Part shown: positions 23,901 to 36,852 of the stretch, in pieces
How positions within the stretch are numbered: the stretch's first letter is position 1
Layout: each line of letters begins with the position of its first letter
Origin: Felis catus
Taxonomy: Eukaryota
Assembly: GCF_018350175.1 (NCBI RefSeq)
Contig: NC_058368.1
Span: 179,678,001-179,742,000, forward strand
Length of the DNA stretch: 64,000 nt
Direction: 5' to 3'
Position numbers and translations under genes: made by a program
Notes under the pieces: generated by a model
Databases searched by the model: none
What the model saw: the letters and a program-made list of their open reading frames with translations, nothing else
What the model was told of the DNA's origin: nothing

Positions 23901-25053
23901 GCCTCTCCCTCCCCCTTGATCTAGCTCCTACTATAAAGATTTTAATTTTTTTTTCTTCCATGTTGAGAAAGGAAAGTGATCCCTGTCAACCTGCAGCATA
24001 TCCTCTGCTACGTCGGCATGTCTCTCAGTGGCTTCTCTTGTGACCTCTGCCCTTCTCCATGGAGACTGCTGGCAAGCTGACTCCTGTGGCCCTGTGCATG
24101 GATGACGCAGTTCAGCAGCTGTGGGTGGTAGACAGACAGGCTCCAGTCTTTGCATCCATGGGGTGGGGATGGGGGGGGGGTGACAAAAGTGGGCTCATGG
24201 CTCAAGAAGCCGGACCAAGGCTGCAGCGTGCCCTTCAGATGGTGCCATTTACGAACACCATAAAGCCATGTCAAGCTTGGTACTGGCCCTGCCTGCAGAG
24301 ATGGGCTGAGGGCTGGTGGGGAGGGCTGGAGAATGACATGAGAAAGGACAGGAAGCTCCTGCCTATGGACAGAGATGCAACATCTCTGCTGGGATAAGGG
24401 CAGGAAAAGGAGGGAGACACAGATCAGCACCTCCTGTTGGTCTGTCCTCTAGGCTGGTGTCTCTGTAATGGCCTTTCCGCAAAGAGGAAACACTGTGCCT
24501 CTCTGTTGGAGGGAGGTAGTTGAAGGGGGGGGGGGGGGGAGTTGTGAGACCAGAACCAAGAAAGAAGAAATGTCTTGCAAGAGAAAGCTACCAGAACCCC
24601 ATAAGGCATTTTATAAAAAAAATGAGCCTTGCTATAGGACTCTAAATCTCAACATATAGCACATGCACATTAAAATGAACTCGCAGTCTTGTTAAGGGTA
24701 AAAATAAGTGTCCTAGGGGTTTAGAGATCACAGAGCCTTCCCAAGGCATTCTTTGTGTTCATTATATTTCCTTGTGTACTCGGGGTTAGCTAAGATATGT
24801 GGTGTACCTTAGGGAAATACAGACAATAGACATGAAGACCTTCTACTTGGTACAGAAATGTGCTCTCTGAGAAGTACTGGTTCCTGCTAAGTTCAAGCAA
24901 GCTTAGATTTGGATCTTTCCAGCTTACATTTTGCTATTTCAGACCTAAAGCTGCAAACCCTCTGGCCATGAATTTGCATAATCCAGCGCTCCCTGTGAGT
25001 GCCAGGCAACCTTCTGTTGGTTCACGAGATGATTTTTGGTGGCACATGAGCCA

Positions 25054-25090
25054 ATATATATATGTATGTGTGTGTGTGTGTGTGTGTGTA
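25054..25090. repeat. (TA)n(TG)n microsatellite
   Basis: Seen directly. Confidence 0.85.
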
Positions 25091-25803
25091 TAAATTTTAA
25101 TAGTTATGTATTCATTTTAGTGTGCATTAAAATATGTATAACCAGCACATCAAACCCATGTTTTAATGGATATAATAAAGTTTCTTGTATAAATACAGGT
25201 TTGGCATGCCTTCTTTTTCCTTTCTGCGAGGCTTGTTCTCACTTTACATACTTGCTCAAAACTTACTCCTTTTAGGCATCCTGTCCTCAGTAATTCCACC
25301 TGCTCACTGTAGCCCTCAGTTCTCTCTCTACTTCTTGTCCCAGAATGACATCAAAGTCTTCCTGATCCTCCACCCTTCCCGTGTGACCCTCATGTTTGCA
25401 AGAAGGCTGCTACACAGGACTGATGCCTACGTAAGACCTCCTTCCCTCCAGACTGTGTTTTACGTTTAGAAAGCTCAACCCTTTCGCTCACATATCCTAG
25501 GAGGATCTATTTCATACGGGTGTACCTACTGCAAGGGAAGTGGAGAGTGCGTTTCAGCTTTACAGTCTCAGTAGTAAAGGAAGGCAAGGGAGAGCGAGGT
25601 AATGGATGGATTAGGGGTAGCTAAGCCACAGTCAGCCAATGGAGAAGATAGTAAGAAGTGCAGATAATGGTCTCTGGCCTTATATTCTCCAAGGTGAAAA
25701 AGTCTGATGAAAAGTTAAACTTAAAATCGTTTATAAATTTCATATTAAAAAAAAGCTACAGAGAAAAAAACAATAAATAACCTTTCTTTAAAAAAAATTG
25801 TTT

Positions 25804-26021
25804 GGGGCGCCTGGGTGGCGCAGTCGGTTAAGCGTCCGACTTCAGCCAGGTCACGATCTCGCGGTCCGTGAGTTCGAGCCCCGCGTCGGGCTCTGGGCTG
25901 ATGGCTCAGAGCCTGGAGCCTGTTTCTGATTCTGTGTCTCCTTCTCTCTCTGCCCCTCCCCCATTCATGCTCTGTCTCTCTCTGTCTCAAAAATAAATAA
26001 ATGTTAAAAAAAAAAAATTAA
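25804..26021 (+). mobile_element. Young Can-SINE (SINEC_Fc-type)
   Basis: GGGGCGCCTGGGTGGCGCAGTCGGTTAAGCGTCCGACTTCAGCCAGGTCACGATCTCGCGGTCCGTGAGTTCGAGCCCCGCGTCGGG. TSD aaaaaaaattgttt at 25790-25803 and 26022-26035. Confidence 0.97.
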
Positions 26022-26323
26022 AAAAAAAATTGTTTAAGTCAGTTTATGGTCATAAACTTGGAGAATTGAAAAGGAATTGGGAGATCATTTGGCCCTGATC
26101 AGTATTTTAAGAAATGAAGAAATAAGTCAGAGATAAAAGGGCTTAGTTTTGGCTAAGCAGGTCAGGATCCCTTCTCGGCCCACCGTGCTAATCCAGTCGT
26201 TCTCATCTGGAGAAAGCTTCAGAATCACCAACGGCTTATTAAAACACCCGCTGCTCAGCCCTACCCCTAAAGTTCAGAAGGTCTGGGGTGGAACTTGTGA
26301 ATTGCATTAAAAAAAAAAAAACA

Positions 26324-26516
26324 TTTTAAGTTTATTTATTTTTGAAAAAGAGACAGAGCACGAGTGGGGAAGGGACAGAGAGAGGGGGAGACACAGAATC
26401 TGAAGCAGGCTCCAGGCTCAGAGCTGTCAGCACAGGGCTCGAACCCACGAACCGTGAGATCATGACCAGAGTCAAAGTCAGACGCTCAACAACTGACTGA
26501 GCCACCCAGACACCCC
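26324..26516 (-). mobile_element. Can-SINE (feliform type)
   Basis: 'gagacacagaatctgaagcaggctccaggctc...gactgagccacccagacacccc'. Confidence 0.93.
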
Positions 26517-26527
26517 AAATTTGCATG

Positions 26528-26738
26528 TTTTAAAGTTTATTTACCTTAGGAGAGAGAGAAAGAGAGAATGAAAGAGCACATGAGCAAACGGGGGAAGGAC
26601 AGAGAGAGAGGGAGAGAGAATCCCAAGCAGGCTCTGTGCTGTTGGCACAGAGCCCAACCTAGGGCTTGATCTCAGGAACTCAGCCTGAATGGAGATCAAG
26701 AGTCAGACACTTAACTGACTCAGCCACCCAAGTGCCCC
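26528..26738 (-). mobile_element. Can-SINE (older type)
   Basis: 'gagagaatcccaagcaggctctg...gagatcaagagtcagacacttaactgactcagccacccaagtgcccc'. Confidence 0.93.
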
Positions 26739-27069
26739 GACTTTGCACTTTTATAAAGTTCCCAAGTGATGTTGGTGCTGCTGGTCAAGGAACCCCACCT
26801 CGAGAACCATTGTGCCAACCAATTGCAAGCATGCAATTAAACCAGTACTCCCACAGCAGGTTTTCCTAAATTATGCTGTTTTAATTTGTGTTTCTTTGTG
26901 TGCTCTTTAGCAACCAAGTAATATAGTAGCAGATAATCAATGTGGTTAACAGGCCTGCTAACTTCATTCTTGGAATTGTCAGTGGTCGCACTGTTTGAAA
27001 GCCAGAGTCTCTCTGCTTGTATGACCCGGCCATACCTCAAAATGGCTGAAAAGTGGTCCATCTCAGTCA

Positions 27070-27350
27070 CTCTGCTCTTGCCCTGCGGTGACCACTACCA
27101 CACATCTAAGGAACCTTTCTGGTCCACGTTTCTTGATACTTTTCACCATGCAAATAAGTACCTAGAATCTGTATATGGCAACCTTTTATGTATTCTCAGG
27201 CATTTTGCATAAATGGTATCACATGTACTGTTGTGTAACTACTTAACATATTTTATTCAACGTTATGTCAAGCTTTGGTTGTAGTGAAACATCTCAACCT
27301 ACTTTATTTTAACTGCTTTGTGGTGTTCCATTTGCATATACTCAAGTGCG
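27070..27350 (-). mobile_element. Old L1ME-type fragment
   Basis: 'ttttgcataaatggtatcacatgtactg...tattttaactgctttgtggtgttccatt'. Confidence 0.5.
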
Positions 27351-27464
27351 TTTACCTCCCCTTATGTTTCAAATTATTTTCAATAGGGTTGGTAAGGTTT
27401 TAATATTGCTATTAATAGAACAATAAATTGAAGTAAGATTACCATTTTGAACTTTGTTCATATA

Positions 27465-27740
27465 TTCACTCACATAACGATCATTTGTCATGTAGCTAAT
27501 TTGTGCCAGGCACTGTTGTAGGCACAGGAACTACAGCAGGTAATGAACTAAATCCCTCCCTCCTGATGAGTACTTCATAGGATACTTGAAGCAAGCCTGC
27601 CCCACACATGTTACTACTCATATTTCACAGATGAGAAAACTAAAGTTCTCTGATGTTAAGTGACTCACTCAAGTTCTCATTGAAAAGAGCAGGGAGTTTT
27701 GAATCAGATCTTTTTTTCTGTAATTCCAACCGTCTTTCTA
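27465..27740 (-). mobile_element. L2 tail plus MIR core fragment
   Basis: 'tgtgccaggcactgttgtaggcac' (L2 3' end) and 'atttcacagatgagaaaactaa' (MIR core). Confidence 0.7.
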
Positions 27741-27813
27741 GCATTTCACCCAGATTTCTGGTGAACCTACAATTACCATTCCTCATCTTCATTCTCTTTG
27801 GAGGCCCTGGTTC

Positions 27814-28165
27814 CTTTTTTTAGCAAACTGTTAATTTGGAAGTAATTTTAGATTTACAGAAAAGTCTCAACGACCGTACAGAGAATGCCTACATACCCCT
27901 CATCCAGTTTCCCTCATTATTAACATATTACCGTGATATGTTTGCCAAAACTATGAAACTGACATTTCTGTATTACCATTAATTAAACTCTAGACTTCGT
28001 TTGGTTGTCACCAATTTTTCCATTAATGTCCTCCCTATTCCAGAATTGTGTCCAGGTCACCCCATTGCATTTAGTTCTCATTGTCTGCCTGGCACCCTTT
28101 GGTCTCTGACAGCTTCTCAGTCTTTCCTTGTTTTTCATGACCTTCACAATCAGTGTACTGAGGCG
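27814..28165 (-). mobile_element. L1MC/L1MD-type 3' end fragment
   Basis: 'aattttagatttacagaaaag...atacccctcatccagtttcc...ttgcatttagtt...cagtctttccttgtttttcatgacctt'. Confidence 0.85.
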
Positions 28166-28914
28166 TTTAGTTGAGTTCATTACAAGGTCCAATTAAGGCA
28201 GTATCAAGAGTTTAGGGGGCTGTAACCAACTCACCTGAGAATTAGTTTGGTGGGCCCTGGCAGTAAAGGGAAGTTGCCACTTCAGCACATCAGAAAGGGG
28301 CATCTTGTCGATGATGCTGCCTGATGCTCTCCTGGTGCAAAGATGCAGGGAGACAATGGAGTGACCCAGTGTCTTGAGTGAGGGTAGAGGGGCTGGATGC
28401 TGGCCGTCTATGGCTGATGATAGGTTTCAGTGGCTTACCAGGGGATTTTAACCTCCTGCCCCTCAAGGTCCTGTTCCAGTTCTAAGTATCATGGAACCTC
28501 AATGTGACGTGATTGCATCTCCCCAGCTCTGCCTTTTTTTATGAATATCTGTATCTCTCATAAGTGTGTGCTTACTTCTGGTGACTCCCAATAAAAGACC
28601 TTCAGTCACAAAGGGATGAGAAGGAGCTTCCACTGTCTGGGTTCTGTGATACTGTCACCAGAAGGAATTTGATTATTACATTTTCCAAGCCCACTGTCCA
28701 TGTTGGCAGCAACATGGAGGGATCAGAACTCTTTGAAACAATGTACAAATTATTGATTAAAATTATTATTAGGTTCAGGATGGGAGAGCCCAGAAAGGGT
28801 CAATTTTTAAAGCCCACTAAATAGCCACCTGCTTTCTTAGAAGGGCAGTGTTTGGGACAGTTTCCATTTTAAATTTATATATGTAAGTATGTATATTTTA
28901 AGTTTATTTTATCT

Positions 28915-29070
28915 TGAATTTATATTTATATATGTATATATATGTGTATATACATAAGTATATATATATAGATGTGCATATATATGTGTGTATATACATA
29001 TATAATATATATGTGTGTGTGTGTATATATATACGTATATATATGTATATATATAACTTGTATGTATATA
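28915..29070. repeat. Degenerate (TA)n/(TG)n low-complexity tract
   Basis: Seen directly. Confidence 0.9.
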
Positions 29071-29084
29071 ACTTGTTTACTTCC

Positions 29085-29525
29085 ACCACATTATAAAGTG
29101 AATGTTCAATGCAAAATTTTTAGAAAATTTTTGGAAAATAAAATGTAAAAATGACTATCTGTGATCCACTTCCTGGAAGACAATTACTGTTGATATTTGG
29201 CTTGTTTCCTTCCATACGTTTTGTTCTCAGGACATATTATGTAACATACTTTAAAAATATTTTTCTTACGATACGATCATAAGCAATTTACTTGTTTCAA
29301 GTAACTATAAATAAATACATAATAGTTTTATATTTAAATAACCTTTAATTCACTTGATCATTCTATGATACATTTGGCTAATTTTTGATACTGAGAGAAA
29401 TGTTTTTGAAAGTAGAGCATGTCCTTTCCTTATATATTCAATTAACTCCATAAAATAGAGTCCCAGAAGTGGGACTACTGGGTCAAAGATTATAAACCTT
29501 TTTAGGGCTTCTGATACATTTTGAA
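29085..29525 (-). mobile_element. Old L1ME-type fragment
   Basis: 'cccagaagtgggactactgggtcaaagattataaacctttttagg' is typical of antisense old L1. Confidence 0.6.
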
Positions 29526-32500
29526 GTAGAGGGGCAATTCAGCTTATTAGAGCTCTATGGGAGCCAAGTAATGGTGCTACCTTTCCTAACTTTGTCCAGT
29601 GTCACGGCTTGCTCTCTAGACTTCAGCAAACTTTGACTTGTTCGTAATAACTAAAGTTCTGATTCTTTCATTCCTTCATCAGTCAGTGTCTGTGTCAGGC
29701 TATCAGATGCTAAGGATGAGCCTAGCAAAACCAGAGCCCCCTGCTCTTGTGTCAGAAGCAGCATCTGGCTCTGGAAGACCCTGATTTGGTTGAGAAGAGA
29801 GTTAGATAAACCCTTTTGAAAGCATCTCTCTTTACCAGAGGCTTGATGCCTACTATCTACTTCCTGAATCTGAACTGTTCTGATTTTAGAGAAAGATGGC
29901 CATCCCATGTTCAATTTGAGGGGCATTTGATCTGAGCCCAGGAGACCAAACTAAAGTATTTTGTTTATGGTGGATAAACCATTTTAATTGAAAGGCTGAT
30001 GCTGGGGCCTTGCTGTTGCTGCCTCCTTTTGACAATTGAAATACACTTGGATTTCTCATAACAATGGAAAGTGCAGTCTGGAGGGTTTCTTCACTGGTTT
30101 TGCAGGCGGTACCTGCTTTACTGTTCTCTGAGTGAAGTCCCTGGTTTTATGGCTCTACCCTTTAGATCTTCCTCATTGGTCATCTTAACCTCACACAAAG
30201 GGTCTTCATTTGACTTTTTTTCCTTTTTGTGATTTTGACTGGGTGGGAGAGTGCCATCTTGAAGTGGCTTCCCAAAAGGATTGGAGAAACAAATGTCTGC
30301 GTCTTGGCAGCCAGTAACTGAAGTCTACAGGAGTAACTCTCAGACCAGCTCTCTGATGATGAAGCCATGCTCAGTTGTTTGGGGAACATTTTGTCTAAGT
30401 CACTTGAATCATTGAAATCAGTGTAGACTTTTCATTGTAATTATGTGGATCATGAAGTCCTGATGACTCCCAGTGGATGTCAGTAAAGAGTGACTAATGG
30501 ATCATGGGGTCATTTGGTTAAGTTGGCGGGGGGAGAATCTGGGCAACCAAGGACAGTGCTTGAGGCGGTCCTTATCTGTGGCCAACCTCTGGCAAGTGCT
30601 CTCTCCTTCTGTCACTTAGGAACTCTGACTCATCAGGGCCTGCCTCCCCAGCTTCATTACAGGAAAGCCGGAGACACATGGGCAGGTTTGTGCCTCTCCA
30701 GCTTTGCCCCATGCCCCCTGGTGCCTCGGTAGTTGATATCACTGTGTCAAGAGAGCAGAGCCTGTGTCTGTGAGCAAAGCTGCCATGGAGTGCTTGTGAA
30801 AGGCAGTGCCCAGTGTCAACCATGATGTCATTTGAGAGTCAGCCCAGCCCAGGCCATGCTCTTTATGATGTCACCACTAAAGTCTCTTGGCTCTGAATTA
30901 TAGTTGTTTCTCTTATGCTAGCTTTTTGTGTTGTTAGAGAGGAAATCGTCTCGGCAGATATTTTGCCTTTACCTCTAAATACTTTAAATATTTTATCTCT
31001 CTCAACATCCTGATGTTCCCTGGATGAGGTCTCGCATCCCTTTCTCTCTTTCCCATTTCTCTTTCTCTCTCCCATTCTCTCCATGTTTCTCTTCTTTTTT
31101 ATATACATTTGATTTTTAATTGATCAGGGTACCTGTCACTTCAGAACATAAATAGAATATCCAAAGTGGATGAGTGTTAAAAGAAAAGGTTTTAAATAAA
31201 AATCTATCACAGATCTTGCATAGGAGGATATTCCCGTCTTTTGAGGTCAAATTTTGCCATAGGAGAGCTGGAATCAGGCTGTATCAGTCTTCCTATGGTT
31301 TATGGGGCCATGGGGCCCCTTCTCTCTGTGGGCTCCAATGCAAATGTGTTGTCATGAGATGAACTAAAGAGCAAGTTAACCAAAATGAAGTCCCTAAGGA
31401 GTGTCAACTCTGGGACACCAGTCGATGCTTTTCCAACATTCAGGCTAGAAGCGCATTTCATCTCTTGGCAAGCTGGTTTCATCTCTACCTGAGGAAAGAT
31501 AAAGAATTTTGCTCAGCAAATGTAAGCCCCTGTTCCCAAGACTTGTTCCTCTCAAGCTGATGGACAGGTATGGAAGGAATGCGTTTGTTGGCAGGTATTA
31601 GTTCGTACTCAGGCACAAATGGAAGCCATGTTCTCATCCATCCTCTCTGGGCTTTGGGGGAAAAAGTCATGGTGGGGGAGATACTGTGCAGGGAGAGGGT
31701 GCAGAACAAGCTGTCTTAGTTTCAGCCAGCTGTCACTTGTCAGTGGATTCCAACAATGGCGTCTGGCTCAGCAAACATGGAAGCCAGGAATGTGCCTAGT
31801 GATGGAAGCAGAGTGACCAGCGGGAGGCAAGATAAACCTCCACTGCAAGTCAGGAGCAGACTACGAGGACTTTGCTTGCCCTGGATATATTCTCCCAAAG
31901 AAGGGTTTTTCCCCACCCTGTGCTGTTAATCAGTCATGGCTCCATCCCAACTGGGAGGCTTGGTATTCCCTTTGCTTCTATTTCCAGACAGATGGCTTTT
32001 CATGGCAAGCAGGTGGCTAAGACAGGAATTTAGAGACCTAGTTAACCTGAAGTTCCAACCACAGGCTTGGCCAAATGCATTACAGTTCAAGAGGATGCTG
32101 CGTGGCTGTTGCAAGCGATGCTGGAGATCTTAGCTCCTGTGTAAGGATGTGCAGGATGTAATAGGCAAAAAGCAAAGGCCATAAAACAGTAGGTACAGAA
32201 CATTACAATATTAGTAATCTCTATTCTCTCTTTTTTCAATATGTCTTTGAAAAAGAAGAATGGAAAGCAAACATGCCAAAGATTTAAATAGTCATAATTT
32301 CTCAAGGTGGTATTTTTTCTGGTGGTTATTTTTTCTTTGAGGTTTTTCTGTTTTCCAAAAATTTTTTTATTTCCCTTGATGACATATGATCACTATGTCT
32401 AACAACCTCTACCTATATCCATAGTCCATATCCATCTATATTTTTCTCCAGGTTTGCTGTACAGTGGGGTAGGTTGAGCACTGCACCAGCACTGGCTTAG

Positions 32501-32663
32501 AAGGGGTTAGTGGGGTCTCAAATCTGTCGCTTGATTTAATTGTCAAACTATCCCTGGACTATGTCTTCCCAGAGAAAAGGAAGCCTTTTTCTAATTTATC
32601 TGTGCAGAAGGGATGCCTTTTTCTAATTCATAGAGTGACACTGGATTTCTTGGAGCAGCCCTG

Positions 32664-32666
<3 letters not shown>

Positions 32667-32706
<40 letters not shown>
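32667..32706. repeat. (TG)n microsatellite
   Basis: Perfect TG run. Confidence 0.95.
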
Positions 32707-32707
<1 letters not shown>

Positions 32708-34863
32708 CATGTTAATAATTTTGGCCATTCCATTTAACTACCATATTGTTTTATAAAGGGGTAATTATTTCCTCACTCTAAATGTGTCAGGAATCTTAAT
32801 ACACAGATTGAGAGTTTGGAAATGGCTTCCTGGAGGGGTAAATAAAGTTCAAGAGTTCTTCAGAAGGACCAGTTTTCTTTGGGCCTTATGACTATGCTTT
32901 TATGTGCTTAAATCCATATTTCTTAGGGGTCAGAATGGGTTGGCGGAGGAGCACGAATATGTCACTTTAAATTTGTCAGTAACAGACATTAACCAATAAA
33001 ATCTCAGGTAAACCCCCAGTGTCGTAGGGATGTAGTCAGCATTCACTGTTCCAGGAGATAGTGATGGTGTCACCAGCAGTGTAAAATAAAGGGACCATGA
33101 CCATGTGGCTCTGCTGGGGAGTGGGAGATGCAAATTCTTTCATCATCTTTCTAATCTATTTGTTTGTGTAGCCTCGCCTTTGTTATGTTGAGGAAACTGA
33201 GCTAGCTTAACATAGAGAGCATATAGTTAGCATGAAATATCCAGCAAGCATGAAATAATGGAACCAAATGGCTCCTAGGGTTCTTTCCTCAAGTCAGAGA
33301 AAAATGTGATGAGCCAAGAGGATGCTGGGCTTTGATACACATGCGCAAGGCAAGCTCATTCCAGAAATAGTATGCCTGACCCCAGAGATGGGGGCGGCCT
33401 TGTTTTAATTTCAGGGTTGGAATAATGACAGTTTTATGAACAACCAAATAGTTATTCCGGGTTCTTCCCTTGAGAGTGTGGTCTGAGACCTTGGCTTGTG
33501 TAGTCTAAGTGTGTAATAACATCTGATTGTGCTCCCAATGATCCTGTGACAGCCTTCACTTTGAGTTCTATTTCGGAATGCCCTCCTATCGGGGAGCACC
33601 TAAACATAGGCCCTAGTGGGGCGGAATTTAGAAGCAGCATTATCTCAGGGCAGTCTGGGGCCAAGCTGGTCAACTCCCCACTCTCAGCTCAGTGAAAAGA
33701 AAAAAAAGTCACCCCAACATTTTGGGGATGGTAAAAAGAGCTACCATTTGGTAAGCAGAGGGATTGCTTGTAGGGTGGCTTACGAACAGCTCTAGAATTC
33801 TCTGAGGAATAGCTAGAATTAGCATGTCAGGTAAGGTAGGGTAGAGGGAAATGCACAGAATTGGAATTACAACAGCTCCTGGGTGACTCAGAATCGTCAT
33901 TGTCCTTGATGTTATCTCCAGTTTGTAACTAGAGGAAAAGCTTTCAAACCAGAAAGGAATGTTGATTGGTTTTCCCTCTCTTTGAAGAATAAATGCTTCC
34001 AATTTTTACTGACAGTGGGGTCTTCAAAAATGTTAATGATGAGATTGTGTTCACTTCATAGAATGGCTTCCAAAAGTAAATACAGAGCAGCAAGGAATAT
34101 CAAGATGAGTGATCCCTTGATTAGTGGTTGACTATGAAAACCAAGCCCCTTCAGTTCTGAACACTAAACATCAACAGGATAGGACAGCCTTGGTGTCAGT
34201 CAGTGGTTGAGGTAGACAGGCCATCAGGGGTCATGGGAGAGTCTCTCTATGGAAAAATCAGGTGTTTGAGGCCCAGACACAATAGACACAAGCCCATGGG
34301 GGGGCATCTTTTGCATCACTGTGGTTGATAAATCTAAAACTATATAAAGTATGATACTCTAGAACTTAGATTTAGTCTTGCTCTCTCTTGAATGCAGTTA
34401 GGTAGAGATTAAGTCAGTTTCAGCACTCACCAGAAAGGTGTAGGTATTGAAACTCCTAAAGTTAATTCTGAGCCATTGGAGTTCAGAGATAAGGTCCTGG
34501 GCCACAGCTCCTGGAGTTTCCCATAGGGGTGGCTCAAGAATGGCCATGCTGAAGAGTCCTTGAGAACACAGATGTGATGTTTGGCATCTGGACTGCAATC
34601 CTGGCCTTACCAGTTAGTAGCTGTGTTAATAGTTCTCTAACTTCAGCCTCCTTGTTGCTAAATGGAGGGAAATACAGTATTTCTATATATAGTAAATACT
34701 TATGAGACGTTAGAGATCTCATGGAAAATTCCCAAGGAATCGAAGCTAGGATTACAAGAGAGGATCCTATATGAATCTTGAGACAAAAAACACTACGTTT
34801 ATCGTTTACTTATTTTATAACTGGAGGGTTGTACCTCATCATTCCTCTTATCTATTTCTAAAA

Positions 34864-35035
34864 CAAGTAGGTCTTGAGGTTGTAATGTACGACTTAGGGG
34901 ATATAGTCAATAATATTGTAATAATTTTGGTAACTAGACTCATTGTGGAGATCATTTTGTGATGTATAAAAATATCAAATTACTATGATGTATGCCTAAA
35001 ACTAATAGGATATTGAATGCCAATTATACTTCAAT

Positions 35036-35036
<1 letters not shown>
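34864..35036 (+). mobile_element. L1MA9/L1_Carn-like 3' end
   Basis: 'atgtacgacttaggggatatagtcaataatattgtaataattttg...aaactaatag..attg..tgccaattatacttcaatt'. Confidence 0.85.

Positions 35037-35038
<2 letters not shown>

Positions 35039-35085
<47 letters not shown>
35039..35085. repeat. (CA)n microsatellite at the L1 poly-A tail position
   Basis: Perfect CA run immediately after the L1 3' end. Confidence 0.95.
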
Positions 35086-35087
<2 letters not shown>

Positions 35088-35289
35088 TGAGCAGACCAAA
35101 CAGCACAAAAACAGGGAAAAAGGGGCTATCCAGCTTCTGGGATGTGGGTGTTGGGTCAGAAGCAGGTAAACCAAGACTGTGGTAAATAAAAAACCAGTGA
35201 GAAGCCAAGGGCAGATAGATGCAACAGTGAGGGTGGATGGACACAGAGCAGGTACGTGTGCAAGGTAGCAGAAGTCTTAGATCACATGC

Positions 35290-35590
35290 TGTGTTAGTTT
35301 CTTACTACAGCTGTAACAAATTACTACAAATTTAGTGGCATACAGCAACACAAATTTATTATCTTACAGTTCTGGAGGTCAGAAGTCTGAAATGTATTTC
35401 ACGGGGCTGAAATCAAGATGTTGGCAGGGCCACACTCCTTCTGGAGGCTCTAGGGGAGAATCTACTTCCTTGCCTTTTGCAGATTCTAGAGGCCACCTGC
35501 ATTCCTTGGCTCATGGTACCCCCTCAATTTTCAAAACATCAGCATAGCATTTAAATCTCACTCTCTGGTTCTGTTATCACATCACCTTCT
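35290..35590 (-). mobile_element. MaLR MLT1 (C/D-like) LTR fragment
   Basis: 'tgtgttagtttc...gctgtaacaaattactacaaatttagtggc...cttacagttctggaggtcagaagtctgaaat'. Confidence 0.9.
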
Positions 35591-35929
35591 TTCTTCCTCC
35601 TGGGCTGGGAGTGAATTCTGATGGATGGCACTAGACAGAAATCACTTCTCTTAGAAAGGATTTCTCCAAAGCATATGTTCCCAGAGCAACTCTCTGAGGA
35701 AGATGGGCAAGGCTAGAAAATCAGGTCTCTGTTGCTTCTCTTATTTATGTCTTATACCATCACCCCCAAGCCAAGCACTCTGACATTGTATCTGTGATCA
35801 ACTGACTGTGTTTCTTGAAAGATCAAGTTAAGTCCAATTTTAAATGGGTAGAAAGGTAGGACTCTCTTTGCATTCCTACTTAAGGAGATATTCTTCTTGG
35901 TTCTGTTCTGCCCATGGAGTAGTTTTAAT

Positions 35930-36600
35930 AGCCAGAATCAAGGCTGGTTTTGGAAGCTGATGAGCGATGAAGAGCTTTATAATAAAAGGGCTTTTATTGG
36001 CCTCCCATCAGTTAGCTGATTTTTTTTTCTTTAAATAATATGACAAATTAGTGTTCTGATAAGGTTGCCTTTGGTGTGGTTTCATGAGTTGACATAATTA
36101 AGAGCCATTCCACTTGGCAGTGTTGCAAGAAAACCATCCAAGTCAGATGAACAAGGAAATTACTTAATTAGCAACTCAGGTGAAGACTGGCTCTTGAGAA
36201 AGTGGATGTTAAGATTGGAGGGAAGACAGGAGAGGCACACAGAGGCAGCGTACCGTGGTTGGGTGGCCTGCTGAAGACAAACTCCCCCATCCCTTTCCTG
36301 CTGCCCCTGCATGAGTACTTGCTGACCATGTACCTGAAATGGGACATGGATGCATTCTGGCTGTACTGCTGCTCACCTGTCAACACCAAAGAATGATTGC
36401 GATTTTGGTTCCCTCCACTTCTCATGAAATAAACATCACCTGGCAATTCCTTTGAGATTGATTAGTCACTATTTCTTTCCCCTGGGTCCTTCTTTCTGAG
36501 TTAATCATTGTTCTTAACAACGGCAGCATTAATCAGGATGATAACAGTTTTTAGTCATTAACAGCATAACCAGCTTTTGTGCCTATTGGAGTTGCCTTTA
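35930..36600. promoter_or_regulatory. Putative enhancer-like non-repetitive island
   Basis: Repeat-free, dense in TAATTA, TTTTATTGG (HOX13/CDX-like), CTGATAAG (GATA), TGACA and AATAAACA. Conservation is not verified. Confidence 0.35.
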
Positions 36601-36852
36601 TCAAACCATCATGAAGATCGGAAACTCATTCTACAGTGGGCGCTATTTCCCGGGAGAGCCACATGTGCCCATATCAGGAATGTGCCTGTGGGAGACTTAG
36701 TTTTGGATAGTTTCCAGGGGTCAACTGCAAGGCAAGCTGGAGAAGTCTGTTCTGGTGGAACTCCAAGACCTTTGCTGTGGGTGAGCCAGGGTCTTTGACT
36801 TCCATATGTATCAACTTTGATGCTTTTAGTAGCTGCAGAGGCAGTCCAAATG

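Larger units (their letters stand above)
26194..26812. mobile_element. MER5A-like hAT-Charlie DNA transposon fossil split by two Can-SINEs
   Basis: Left end 'cagtcgttctca...cagaatcacc...ggtctggggtgg...aattgcatt' and right end 'aagttcccaagtgatgttggtgctgctggtc...gagaaccattg', giving TIR-like ends. Confidence 0.8.

Noticed and set aside
25804..25890. tRNA-like sequence with A and B boxes
   Set aside because: It is the tRNA-derived head of a Can-SINE, followed by the SINE body, (CT)n, A tail and TSD; it is not a tRNA gene.
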